A stretch of 63,060 nucleotides of DNA, the filler included, from Octopus bimaculoides (Eukaryota): NCBI RefSeq assembly GCF_001194135.2. It is 7 parts of 7 records of this genome, joined end to end, with 100 filler letters (N's around TTAATTAATTAA, not from the genome) between each part and the next. Parts side by side here need not be neighbours in the genome. Positions count along the whole stretch, not along the records: positions 28,854 to 42,515 come from NC_068981.1; positions 42,616 to 46,907 come from NW_026364107.1; positions 47,008 to 52,001 come from NC_068990.1; positions 52,102 to 63,060 come from NC_068997.1; 3 more parts are not named here. The stretch is one strand, 5' to 3'. The notes under the pieces were generated by a model, which was not told the origin of the DNA, ran no database searches, and saw only the letters and a list, made by a program, of their open reading frames with translations. Made by a program: the position numbers and the translations under genes. Position 1 is the stretch's first letter. Every line of letters begins with the position of its first letter. Of this stretch, positions 41,891-54,612 are shown piece after piece.

Positions 41891-41994
41891 CATATATAAA
41901 GTTATTGAAAGCAAATAAGTAGTTTATTTACTCCTGTTTTCTACTTTTCTGTCACCAAACCAATGTCCGTGAGTATGTGTGCTGATGTTTATAT

Positions 41995-42145
41995 ATATGT
42001 TTGTATGTGCCTGTCTGTGCACATGCGTGTGTATGCACATGCGTGTGTATGCACATGCGTGTGTGTGCACATGCGTGTGTGTGCACATGCGTGTGTGTGC
42101 ACATGCGTGTGTGTGCACATGCGTGTGTGTGCACATGCGTGTGTA
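41995..42145 (+). repeat. 18-bp minisatellite (GTGCACATGCGTGTGT..)
   Basis: About 7 tandem units. Confidence 0.85.
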
Positions 42146-42483
42146 GGTGAGCGTGTGTGTGTGTTATTTTTATGACGTAGCAGGAAAAGTGTATCTGTAT
42201 GTGTTTATACATGTACATACATAGATACATGCATACATACATACATGCACATACACATGCACACACACACACACACCGCATTAGCACACACTACACACAT
42301 ATGCACACACACACACCGCATTAGCACACACTACACACACATGCACACAAAAACACACATATATATATACCCTACTTCAAGTGTATCCTGTTCATTTTTC
42401 AAATTGATCGTTCAGACTTAATTACCGCAATTACGTGTATATCGGAGTGTATATACGTGTGTATGTTTGTGCACGTCTCGTTC

Positions 42484-42515
<32 letters not shown>

Positions 42516-42615
42516 NNNNNNNNNNNNNNNNNNNNNNNNNNNNNNNNNNNNNNNNNNNNTTAATTAATTAANNNNNNNNNNNNNNNNNNNNNNNNNNNNN
42601 NNNNNNNNNNNNNNN

Positions 42616-42929
42616 AGAGCTTAGTTGGTGCGCTCACCACACCGTCACATCTAAGCCACATATTGATTAGTCAAAGTACAGTCAGAGCTTAGTTGGTGCG
42701 CTCACCACACCGTCACATCTAAGCCACATATTGATTAGTCAAAGTACAGTAAGAGCTTAGTTGGTACGCTCACTAAACCGTCACATCTAAGCCACATATT
42801 GATTAGTCAAAGTACAGTAAGAGCGTAGTTGGTACGCTCACTAAACCGTCACATCTAAGCCACATATTGATTAGTCAAAGTACAGTCAGAGCTTAGTTGG
42901 TGCGCTCACCAAACCGTCACATCTAAGCC
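42616..42929 (+). repeat. 68-bp tandem repeat (at least 4.6 units, left end in gap)
   Basis: AGAGC starts at 42616, 42684, 42752, 42820 and 42888. Confidence 0.92.
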
Positions 42930-44045
42930 CGGTCTGGGAATCGAAACCGCGATCCTATGACCACGAGTCCGCTGCCCTAACCACTGGGCCATTGCCCCTC
43001 TACTCTTTGTTATTATTTACCAGAAAGAAGAAAAAAATGAATGAGATTATCGGCAGCAACAGGCAACTTCGCTTCAGAACTAATTGCTTTGAAATATATT
43101 TTTAAAACTGCTTTAAGTAGTAAGCCTAGCTGATGAGCTTGAAGTGAAAGTGCATATTCTCAGAAAATATTCTGAATCTGCTTCACATTCACTTCTCAGA
43201 ATGCATGAGGGGAAATATGTTTGCGGGTTATTAACATCACGCCCTGAACGAATGAATAAAATAATAGGAGAATATCATCAAATTTATACAAAACTGTTTG
43301 ATTAAATATTCTTCCTTTTCTCTTTTTTCTTTCCTCTTTTTTTCTGTTTTCTTTTATGTCTTCTTTTTTCTATCTCTTTCTTTTCGCCTGTTATAAAATT
43401 GAAACTTAAAGACTGATGATATCATTCCATCAACGTGTGGACGCTGGTTGCTCTCGTTCATACTTTACATTTAAATTTCTATAATTTTGAATTTTTATCA
43501 CTTCTTATTTTGATCTTGACAAAGACAGACTTAATGTCGAAATATCGTTCGACCAATGAAATGTCTATTACAATCGAATCGCGCTCTTCGTCTTGACTAT
43601 TTAACTTTGTGAAAAGTTACGTCAATCCTTTTAAAAATGATGATGATGATAATAATAATAATAATAATAATAATAACAGTCCTTTCTACTATAGGTACAG
43701 GGCCTGAAATTTGGGAGAGAGGGGATAATCGATTACATCGACCGCTGTACGCAGCTGGTACTTAATTTATTGATCCCGAAAGTGTGAAAGGCAAAGTATA
43801 TATCATTAGTGTATATATATATACTATTAATTTTTCTATCAGTAATTAAAACAGCACAAAGTGAGTTGGTCCTTTTCAAAGCCAATGTCAGCTCTCTCAT
43901 TGATCGCTGTGTATTAAACACTGTGTATTAAACACTGGTCGTTGTGTATTAAACACATTTGACCTCTGCTGACCGCAAGGGTGTGACGCTTGTTCTTTTG
44001 TTCCCTGATCGCACATGAATACGAATCACTACTACTACTACTACA

Positions 44046-44088
<43 letters not shown>

Positions 44089-44227
44089 GTGACACAACAC
44101 TACAGCAACTACAATGCTATCATCAACAACACAGGAAGCAACTACAACCTGACATCCAACCTATACCTCTCACATCCTGTGGTTAGAGAACAAATCCAAG
44201 CTAGTGACAAAAAGAAGCCCGGTGTAT

Positions 44228-44747
44228 ATAAAAATAATACATTTCTAAATCTTTCAGAGAGATTTATGCAGTCGTGTTACGATACAGTGGTTGTATGCTG
44301 TCAACATAATGTGACATCCCATGAAGGGAATAATACTACTGCTATTTAGCCCTAGGAAGCTTCCAATCGACCTTGACATTAAGTTATGATGTCACATTAT
44401 TTTGACAGCATACAACTACTTTAATCGTAGCACTACTGCATAAATTTCTCTTAGAGATTTAGAAATGTATTATTTATATTTTGGAAATCAGTGAATGTAT
44501 TTCACTAGAATTATTATATCTTTACAAGAGTTTAGCAGGCATCTCCAACTAGCAGTCTATGCTACTCCAGACTGATGACGAGCAAAGCCTCAGAAACGCG
44601 TCTCTGGATGCAGGCTTAGCTGGGTAGAGGTACTTGTCTCCCCCTTGTAAACATAAGGAGACAGGAAATGTGTCAAGGACTTCGGTTAAATAGCTGTAGT
44701 ATTATTCCTTTCATGGGACTGTCACATTAAGTTAACAGTATACAACT
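44228..44747 (+). mobile_element. Non-autonomous HHR element: 330-nt unit with direct terminal repeat plus upstream inverted partial copy
   Basis: GTCACATTA motif at 44391 and 44721 (direct); 44228-44380 is an inverted copy spanning the unit junction; HHR inside the unit. Confidence 0.75.
44566..44608 (+). ncRNA. Minimal type I hammerhead ribozyme
   Basis: UCCAGA-CUGAUGA-C GAG caaagc CUC A-GAAA-CGC-GUC/UCUGGA. Helix I is 6 perfect bp, helix III is the palindrome ACGCGU, GUC site after 44602. Confidence 0.82.
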
Positions 44748-47700
44748 ATATATATACGTCTTTGTTTGTACCCCCATTATCGCTTGACAGTTTATTTCGG
44801 TGTGTTTACGCCACCGTAACCTAGCGGTTCAGGAAAAATGGCCGATAGAATAAGTTCTGAGGTCGATTTCTTCGACTAATGGTGATGCTCCAGCATGGCC
44901 GGGGTCAAATGACTGAAACAAGTAAAAAAATAAAAGAATTTCCAGTGAGAATATGAAGTTGTTCCAAGTAAGCATCGCTAGTCCAATCATCGTTGAAGAT
45001 ACCTCACAATCATCCATTAGCCTCTTCATCACTATATTTAGCTCTATTGTTGTAATTTGTAATTAGTGTACATTTGAGGAACGTATTTAGTAATGAGGCC
45101 CGTCATATTAGATTCGCCTGGCAGATAATGGCACTAGTCTGCCAACTAATTGCATATCAATGCCTTAGTTCTTAGGCTGGCGGGAACTCTTCACAATTTG
45201 TCCAATAAAATCAATGATTACTGTTTTCCTCGTCATATTGTAGTCAAGTTATTCATTTAACTTTCGTTGAGTCGCGTTAATGTTTCCTCATAATTCTTGA
45301 AGGGTTAGACTCAAACAGAGCTTGTGGAATGCATCCGGGCAGATTTTCTTTCCAGTGGGAATACGCCAAGTATCTATNNNNNNNNNNNNNNNNNNNNNNN
45401 NNNNNNNNNNNNNNNNNNNNNNNNNNNNNNNNNNNNNNNNNNNNNNNNNNNNNNNNNNNNNNNNNNNNNNNNNNNNNNNNNNNNNNNNNNNNNNNNNNNN
45501 NNNNNNNNNNNNNNNNNNNNNNNNNNNNNNNNNNNNNNNNNNNNNNNNNNNNNNNNNNNNNNNNNNNNNNNNNNNNNNNNNNNNNNNNNNNNNNNNNNNN
45601 NNNNNNNNNNNNNNNNNNNNNNNNNNNNNNNNNNNNNNNNNNNNNNNNNNNNNNNNNNNNNNNNNNNNNNNNNNNNNNNNNNNNNNNNNNNNNNNNNNNN
45701 NNNNNNNNNNNNNNNNNNNNNNNNNNNNNNNNNNNNNNNNNNNNNNNNNNNNNNNNNNNNNNNNNNNNNNNNNNNNNNNNNNNNNNNNNNNNNNNNNNNN
45801 NNNNNNNNNNNNNNNNNNNNNNNNNNNNNNNNNNNNNNNNNNNNNNNNNNNNNNNNNNNNNNNNNNNNNNNNNNNNNNNNNNNNNNNNNNNNNNNNNNNN
45901 NNNNNNNNNNNNNNNNNNNNNNNNNNNNNNNNNNNNNNNNNNNNNNNNNNNNNNNNNNNNNNNNNNNNNNNNNNNNNNNNNNNNNNNNNNNNNNNNNNNN
46001 NNNNNNNNNNNNNNNNNNNNNNNNNNNNNNNNNNNNNNNNNNNNNNNNNNNNNNNNNNNNNNNNNNNNNNNNNNNNNNNNNNNNNNNNNNNNNNNNNNNN
46101 NNNNNNNNNNNNNNNNNNNNNNNNNNNNNNNNNNNNNNNNNNNNNNNNNNNNNNNNNNNNNNNNNNNNNNNNNNNNNNNNNNNNNNNNNNNNNNNNNNNN
46201 NNNNNNNNNNNNNNNNNNNNNNNNNNNNATTATATGACTTTTGAATGGATTTTGTTGAGTATGTTTTTGTTCAGAAAAATTGTCTCTTTCGAAACAAATC
46301 AATATTCTAATTCGTATCACACACTGGTCACTTCTTGCCATTTGCTCCTTTTGATTCTTGGATTCTTTCAACAATATGTTTCAATGGGAAACAAGAAGTA
46401 ATAAAATCTTAAAACTTCTGGACAATAGTTTGAAGATTCAATGACATAAGGGACAACAAAATTCACTGTCATCTACTTCTTCACATATTGCTTCGCATGC
46501 CCAGTGAAAGTGCAAAATAGATAACTCTTAGGTTTCGTCTACAGACGAGATCAGACTAGCATTTGCATAAAAATACAAATAACGATAGAATACCCAACAG
46601 GCTATAACAGGGAGGGGGTGCCTTATCCCTCTATAATATACATTTTATCACGGTTGTATAAATATTATATTTCATTCATCCGCGTTGTATCCACGTGTTT
46701 ACATCTCGTATCAGCTACCTCCAGCATCTCACCACTTTACCAATCTATTCAGTCCTAGATCATGAATATCTAACGCATTACCTTTCTGATAAGAATCAAA
46801 TTATTCATTTGTCTTTATTCATGATTGAACTGCTACGTTGATCAATTAAAAATTAATCTTTTTTCCACAAGTGGTTTCGTCTAAATATAATATTAGGCCT
46901 ACAACCTNNNNNNNNNNNNNNNNNNNNNNNNNNNNNNNNNNNNNNNNNNNNTTAATTAATTAANNNNNNNNNNNNNNNNNNNNNNNNNNNNNNNNNNNNN
47001 NNNNNNNGAGATTAATCTTCTCTCTTCGCTCCTTTGTGCCACATGGGCTCAACTCCCCTCCCCTCTTCATCTAGCCGCCTTCCCCTGCCTCATTCTCTCC
47101 CCCTTCCGCTCTCCCTCCTACCTCCTACCAACCACCTCTCCTCTCCTCCCACCAACTTCTGCCCTCCTGCTCCGACTCCTACTTCTCTGTACTTCTCTTC
47201 ACTCCTACTTCTCTTCACCCCTACTCTTTCTCTCTTCTCTCTTACTCTCTCTCTCTTCTCTCTTACTCTCTATTCTCTCTCTTACTCTCTCTCTCTTCTC
47301 TCTTACTCTCTTTAGCTCTTACTCTTTTCCTCTCTTTCTCCTTGCTTTCTCTCTCCTCCCATACCCACCTTCCCCCTCTCTTATATCCCCCTTCCTCCTT
47401 CATCGTCACCCCTCCCCCTTCATTGTCAACCCTCCCTCATAAGCTCATTCCACCCCAACACACTCCTACTCTACCTTCCCACCCCACTCCAACCTCTGCC
47501 TACCACATACCCTACCTCTACCCCACCCTCAGCCTAACCCACACTCCACCCATGCTTTCCCCACTCTCGCCTCCCCGCCTTTGTCTTCCGCACCTCCCAA
47601 CACCCTCACATCACACCACACATCACTTCACAACACACCGCCACGCATATACTACAACTGACCAACTCCTGTCTCCCCTCCCCATTTTTTCACACATACA

Positions 47701-49156
47701 TACGTCAAGATCACCAGCATTCTCTCTCTCACACACACACAGCTTCTCATATTTGGTTCACTGTTTCTTTCCCCTTTTGTTATCTCCCCATTTTCTTAGC
47801 TCTCCTGCGTGAACTTTCTGTCCGGCAGTCGCCATGATAGNNNNNNNNNNNNNNNNNNNNNNNNNNNNNNNNNNNNNNNNNNNNNNNNNNNNNNNNNNNN
47901 NNNNNNNNNNNNNNNNNNNNNNNNNNNNNNNNNNNNNNNNNNNNNNNNNNNNNNNNNNNNNNNNNNNNNNNNNNNNNNNNNNNNNNNNNNNNNNNNNNNN
48001 NNNNNNNNNNNNNNNNNNNNNNNNNNNNNNNNNNNNNNNNNNNNNNNNNNNNNNNNNNNNNNNNNNNNNNNNNNNNNNNNNNNNNNNNNNNNNNNNNNNN
48101 NNNNNNNNNNNNNNNNNNNNNNNNNNNNNNNNNNNNNNNNNNNNTATATTCAATTTTTCCCACAAGGGCGGCTTCCGGTAGGTGGAGAATAGTCGATTAT
48201 ATGGACCCCTCTGTCCAACTGGTACTTATTTTTTAGACCCCGAAAGGATGAAAGGCAAAGTCGACTTCGGCGGAATTTGAACTCTGAACGTAGAGATGGG
48301 CACAAACCTCCCGTCGCTACACTGTTTCTGCAGAACAGGGTTGAGTGTGAAAACCAACTTTAAAGTGTAAATATAGATGTTTTTGAATACACACTCATAC
48401 ATACAAATACACACATACATACAAATAAACACATACATACAAATACCTGTCAGTCTCTTCCAAATACGATCGACAGTCAAACATTTATTCCCTACAAACT
48501 GAATTTTTTAATCATCTTTCTTAAAACGCATTTACTTACTACCATATACTTCTACCTGTACTGGCGTTCTTACACATCGATCATGCGCTCAACATATAAT
48601 ATACAGAGTAAGAGTAAAAGAGAGAGAGAGAGAAAGTGATACATGCAAAGTCATAGATTAACTTGCTTTAAGACTATTCTTTCCTTCTACCTTTTCACTC
48701 TTCGTTCTTCTTCCTCTCTCCCATTTAATAGCTTTCTTCTATCCCTCTACCTCTAAAATATTTTTCATATCTTAGAAACATAAAAACACACAACCACACA
48801 GACATGATCTGTGACAACAACATACACATAAACACATACACACATCAACATTATAGATATAAGATTTAGTTTCTGTGTGTTTCTTACATAAACATGTGCA
48901 CGCATTGCTATTTTATAACTGTCTTCCGTTCTCCCTTCCTCTCTTTTTTCATTGCTCCCGTTCTCTATTCCTTTCTCCCCTCACTCTCTTTTCCTTTCAC
49001 CCTCTTCTCTCTCTCTCTCTCTCAAATGCATACACGCGCACGTATACACAAGCATTCACTACAAGATAACTCATGTTTGTCACTGTTTTGTAAATATACA
49101 AACTTTGGAGCTTATGGACAACATATTGCAAATCAGTGAACTTCATTACAAATGTG

Positions 49157-49337
49157 GGTAATTTTTCAGATTAACACCCGCACGATTTTCACTAGGGTGT
49201 TACGGTTATGGTTTTTGGGTCTGGTTTAGGGTTTTAGGGTTACGGTTAGGGTTACGATGAGGATTAGTGTTACGGTTATGGTTTTAGGGCCAGGGTTAGG
49301 GTTACATAATCGTGCAGGTATTAATCTGAAAAATTAC
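49157..49337. mobile_element. MITE with about 30-bp TIRs and telomere-like interior
   Basis: GTAATTTTTCAGATTAACACCCGCACGATT ... AATCGTGCAGGTATTAATCTGAAAAATTAC (2 mismatches). Flanks ACAAATGTG / AGAAATGTG suggest an 8-9 bp TSD. Confidence 0.8.
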
Positions 49338-49429
49338 AGAAATGTGAAAACTACCAACCCTGCCATCTGTTATAACTTTTGTTGTTCTGTTTAATATGTA
49401 CATAGATTATGCCTCCAAAGAAGAGAGCT

Positions 49430-49700
49430 TGCTGGGGAAAGAAAGCAACAGGTTTAAAAAGACAGCAACAGAATGCAGCAATTCACCACATTCCAGAAGC
49501 TACTTTGAACATAATGCAAAATGGTGCATCAACATCTACTGACCAATCTGAAAGAATTCTGGCAGAACTGTGTCGCAACTGATCGCCAGCAATTGCTTCA
49601 TCACAAATTGCCGTCCTACCTCCTGCGAAAAGGAATTACCCTGCTATGTATAATCAAGGCAGCGCAAAAAGTTGTTTTGCACAAGCATTTGTATAGCCAG
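49430..49700 (+). mobile_element. Possible MULE/FLYWCH-associated transposase relic
   Basis: Weak resemblance only (IMQNGASTSTDQSERILAELCRN*SPAIAS..LP). Confidence 0.25.
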
Positions 49701-49896
49701 TTAGACAGATGAAATTTACGTACACTTAATAATGTTACGCAAAACAGCCATCAGACTTTCCCTATTAATTTCATTGTAAGGCTTTCTTTTTTACTTGATT
49801 TTCACCTAGCAAGACACCGTAGATGCCGTAATAAGTCACACCCGGACAATATCAAGTTATACTGCTAGTATATTATAAAGGAGAGCACAAATGGGG

Positions 49897-49993
49897 TTTA
49901 AAATTTACTACAGCTGTTTTAGTAGAATTTTATTTGATGCATCCATAGATTATATCATAGCATAAATCCACCATCTTCAGGTAAAATTTTAAA
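49897..49993 (-). ncRNA. Hammerhead relic (G12A, AAAA for GAAA)
   Basis: UUUAAAAUUUUAC-CUGAAGA-UGGUGGAUUU...AAAUUCUACU-AAAA-CAGCU-GUA/GUAAAUUUUAAA. Helix I is 12 bp with one bulge; palindrome ACAGCUGU. Confidence 0.65.
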
Positions 49994-50575
49994 TAGGTGT
50001 AAACAAGCTAGGTAATATGATGATGACCTATACGACAAACATCAAGATGGATAATTTTAAACCCAGTTTGTGTTCTTTTTATACCTATGGCTCACCTGGA
50101 ACTAACCCTGAGCTGGATCTACGGTTTACTTTAGATTTGTTTCTTACATTTATACATACCTTCAGTATACTACCAACACGATACCTCATGGTTGTTTCAC
50201 CTCACTTTTAACTGAATGTTATGGTGTCTAGCCAGTTCTGGTATCCTATGTGTTGATGCACCTATATTCTAATGAATCTTGTAACTAATCTGTTGCTTCC
50301 CAACTACATGGTTCTGTGTTCAGTCCCACTGTTTGGCACCTTAGGCAAGTGTCTTCTACTATAACCTTGGGCCGATCAAAGCCTTGTGAATGAATTTGGT
50401 AGATGGAAACTGAAAGTAGCCCATCAACAATTGGTGTAACAGCATTATAGTCAATTGCTACAAAGGCAAAAGTGATGCCTTACACAGAAATAATTACAGA
50501 GGCATGAAATTGCTGAACTAGGTGATGAAAGTTACAGAAAGGGTCATAGCTCAATTAATTAGGAAGTGAGTTGAT

Positions 50576-51780
50576 CTAGATGGGATGCAGTTTGAATTTG
50601 TGCCAGATAGAAGCACTATTGATGCTATCTTCCTGGTGAGGCAATTTCAGAAGTACTTGGCCAAGAATAAACCTCTGTATTTGGCTTTTGTTGACACAGA
50701 TAAAATCTTTGACAGAGTCCCCTGCTCCCTTATCTGGTGGACTGCATGGAAAGTAGGGATAGGTGAGTGGTTTGTGAGAGCTGTAAAAGTCACATACAGG
50801 GATGCTGTCAGTAAGGTGAAAGTTGCCAATGAATATAGCAAGGAATTTAGTATACAAGTAGGAGTCCACCAGAGATCTGTTTTCAGCCCCCTCTTGTTCA
50901 TCATAGTTCTCCAAGCTATAACAGAGGAATTTAAGACTTGCTGCCCTTGGGAGCTCATCTATGCTGATGGCCTTGTTCTTATTGCTGAATCATAACCAGA
51001 ACTAGAGAAATTTCAAGTACAGAATCAAGATCTGGAATCAAAGGGTCTGAGAGTTAATTTAGCAAAGACTAAAGTCCTAATAAGTAGGAAAACATACAAA
51101 TCACTGATCCTTTCAGGGAGATGGCCCTGTTCAATATGCAGGAAAGGTGTACCAAATGCAAGCTATGGACACATAAGAGGTGCAGCAGTATCTCTGGAAG
51201 ATTAAAAGAGAAAGTAGTCTTTTCATGTGGCAGATGTGCAGGTGCATTAAACACTAGGAGTGTACATAAAATAGACTCCTTCAAATGTCAGGGGGGAGGG
51301 ATCCTTAGAAGTAATAGATAGTTTCAGTTAGTTGTGGTGGAAGTTGTTCTGAAAGCATAGCTGATAGAATAAAAATGGGCTTGGCAAACTTCAGAGAGCT
51401 ACTACCACAGAGTGAAAAGCAGGTTGTACAATGGCTGTATACTAACAGCTATACTACATGGCAGTGAAGATGGGTAATGTCAGTGTGCATATACTATGGA
51501 GTGTAAGTGATTTAAGAGAAAAACTGGGTATGTGAGGCATCAGATATAGTGTTCAAGAGAGAAGACTGTACTAGTATGGTCATGTAATGCTTATGAATGA
51601 AGACAGCTGCATCAAAAAGTGTTGATCTCTAATTGTAGAAGGAATATGTAGAAGGTGGGTTGACCCAGGAGGACATGGGATGAAGTGTTAAGAAAGAATC
51701 TTCAGATGGGCCTCAGAGAGAAGCTGACAAGGGACAGATTTCTGGTGGCTTGCTGTGCTTCAGAAGACCTGTCAAGCTAA
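50576..51780 (+). mobile_element. Degenerate 5'-truncated RTE-clade LINE
   Basis: RSTIDAIFLVRQ..YLAFVD..FDRVP..GVHQRSVFSPLLFIIVL..ELIYADGLVL, followed by a Cys-rich CKLWTHKRCS..FSCGRC insert. Confidence 0.92.
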
Positions 51781-52289
51781 GTAAAGTCATGATTGTCCTT
51801 GATGTTTTGCAAACAACTTGCACATAGGCACAGGAGTGGCTGTGTGGTAATCAGCTTGCTTACTAACCACATGGTTCCGGGTTCGGTCCCACTGGGTGGT
51901 ACTTTGGGCAAGTGTCTTCTACTTTAGCCTTGGGCCAACCAAAGTTTTGTGAGTGGATTTGGTAGACGGAAACTGAAAGAAGCCCATCGTGTATATATAT
52001 ANNNNNNNNNNNNNNNNNNNNNNNNNNNNNNNNNNNNNNNNNNNNTTAATTAATTAANNNNNNNNNNNNNNNNNNNNNNNNNNNNNNNNNNNNNNNNNNN
52101 NAAAACCTATTTGTATATGCTCCACAAGGGAAAACAAGGAACATAGTTTACAATGAGGTGTTATAATCACAACAGCAAGAAAGTATGTACATGATCACCT
52201 TCTTTTACGAAACTTCATTGACTTTCATATATTTATATTGATATACATATATATACGTGTGTTTGGGTGCGTGTGTGTATATACATCTC

Positions 52290-52379
52290 TATATATAAAG
52301 ATGATGCGTAGTCTAGACGGCGTTTTTAGATTTCATTATTCTCTTTAACCCTGGCAACGCCGGGTATTTCTGCTAGTAT
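52290..52379 (-). mobile_element. Non-autonomous Helitron/Helentron-like terminal fragment
   Basis: Minus strand begins ACTAGCAGAAATACCCGGCGTTGCCAGGG (ACTAGC end plus GC-rich subterminal hairpin). Confidence 0.5.
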
Positions 52380-53656
52380 ATATATATATGAAGAAGAATG
52401 GAGAATTATACATCTTCAAAACTTGTTTATTACAGTATTTTTCTCATGAAATTCACATTGATGTAGTGTTTAGCTGCAGTCCATGTTCCTCCAGGTTAGA
52501 CATTCCTATGCAGCTTTGTTCAAGGTTTTACCCATACATTTGGGTGAAGCGAGTTGAAGATTCCAGTGTTAGATAGGCCTTCTTAAAGTCTTAGTGTACA
52601 TGATAGTAGAGATTGCTTTGAAATACGATATGGCTATGGTTTTGGCATCGTTTAAACTTAGAATGACCTTTTAGAATTTAAAGAAAAGGATTATTTTATG
52701 TACTTAGTAGTAGAAGAAACCTTAACTAGGACAGGATGCATTCAACTCACTGGCCAGCCATAATGAAAATAGACTGATACCATATAAGATACATAGATTA
52801 AGAGAAATCAATAGAAAGAGGAAATAAAGGAGAAATAAGAAAAAAATAAAGAGGAATGAGGCTTATTGTGAGATTGTCAAAAACTAACTGAAGTAAATCT
52901 ACGAATATTTGATTAGGTGATATTCTTACTAAGCACTTTATGGGCATGAAACCTTGGATAACCTCAAAGACCGGCCATAGCTATCCTTAAACTAATACAT
53001 CCATTTGTTGTTCGCCTGTTGTTTTTTTCGTAAATTCTCCCATATATATATACATACATATACATATACATACATGTGGAACAAGAATGCAATAAAAGAC
53101 ATTAAAACATTCGGATAGATGGACGATACAAAGGCGGACAAGAGAAACAACAATCAGAAAGACAGGCAAAAAAAGACGGGTCATTCGTGGCTTTCTTTCC
53201 TCTGTCAAATTCCAGAAGTCACGACCATTTCGGGCAGTTACACTTGAGATAGTTCGATCTGGTTTCCCCCAAAAAAGTCTAAGCTAAGAGCATTAGACCC
53301 CTTTGTAAGAAAGCTAGCGAATGTGTACGGCAACAAAGACAAAAAACAGACAAACAAAAGACGGCGATGGATGCGTGGCGTTCAATTAAGTAATTAATAG
53401 TAAATTATATATATATATATATGCATATATATGTACAAGACGTTACCAACATGAAATACGTAAACAAACGGATTAAATAGGTAAACAACGAGAAAAAAAT
53501 GGAGAACAGGACAAGTAAACACAGAGAAAGGACCCTTCATCAGTTGTCTGAGGACTCCGGCCCCCATGAAAACTAATTTCGTCTGCTACGATCTATGTCT
53601 GTGCATTTATGCAACAAGCGCAGCAATAAAAAAAAAAGCATTTTTTTTTATTACCT

Positions 53657-53719
53657 TAATAACTGACGCGATGCCGGAGCAGATTTCCGCCCCGACATCC
53701 GAAACTCGGAGTTTTATTA
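53657..53719 (+). ncRNA. Hammerhead relic (damaged at A9)
   Basis: UAAUAA-CUGACG(C)-GAUGcCGG...CCGaCAUC C-GAAA-CUC g GAG-UU/UUAUUA; helices I, II and III all pair. Confidence 0.55.
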
Positions 53720-54612
53720 TGGCAACCGAATAATTGTCACATACTATATTACAGATAAATTCCTCTATTTACATAATATCGAGGTCTCATCCATTCTTTT
53801 GTTGTCATACCATTACTATTAATATATATGTAAGAAGCTATCTTTCACTGCAGATGTCTATCGGTAAGAAAACTGGAAAATATAGCGATAACTTTTCAGA
53901 AGATGTCCTTTGCAATATTTGTTCTGTACCGAATTACAGACACTCCTTCGTCGCTCACATCGTCTGAAATGTAGTGAGCTGATGGTTGACCGGTTGGAAG
54001 CCTGTAAACAATGATGTCATTGTTCATTCATTGCGATGTAATGTAAAATTAAAACAATAACCCACGTAAAGCAACCAGATACTCATTCTTAGAAATAGTT
54101 GACAAACTTATCATTTTAGAAAATTACTTCCAATTTTCTCCACGCCAATCAATTCTTGCATGTCCAGAATTATTAACTGGTTTTTCTTCCTTTGAGACAA
54201 GCTTATAAACTGGGTTATATAAACACTAATTAATCGGAATTTGTTTTAACTGTGTCTTGTGAGAAAGGGGGATTTCTGGCGTGTTAACCCGTCATTGGCG
54301 ACCAAATGCTATAAGTTGTATTCTTTTTGGTACCAAGTTACAATATGGAGCCAATTACGTTTACCCTCACTCCACAAAATATACAATTGAGTGTGTATGT
54401 TTGTTCGTGTATGTGTGGTATGTAATTGTGTGTATGTGTGTTTGTATACGTGCGTTTGTGTGTGTGTACAACTGTTGTAATTTCCTCCTCGGTAGAGCTT
54501 TCACTTTATCATAAAGGCTGCGAAAATTTAAGTGAATTTTATAAACTAACCGATGACAACACACAACCACACGACGCAGAAGAAAAGAATATAACATCAG
54601 AGAATTACTAAC

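Noticed and set aside
24996-42929. Tandem arrays at 25 kb and 42.6 kb as CRISPR
   Set aside because: No unique spacers, and the context is eukaryotic.
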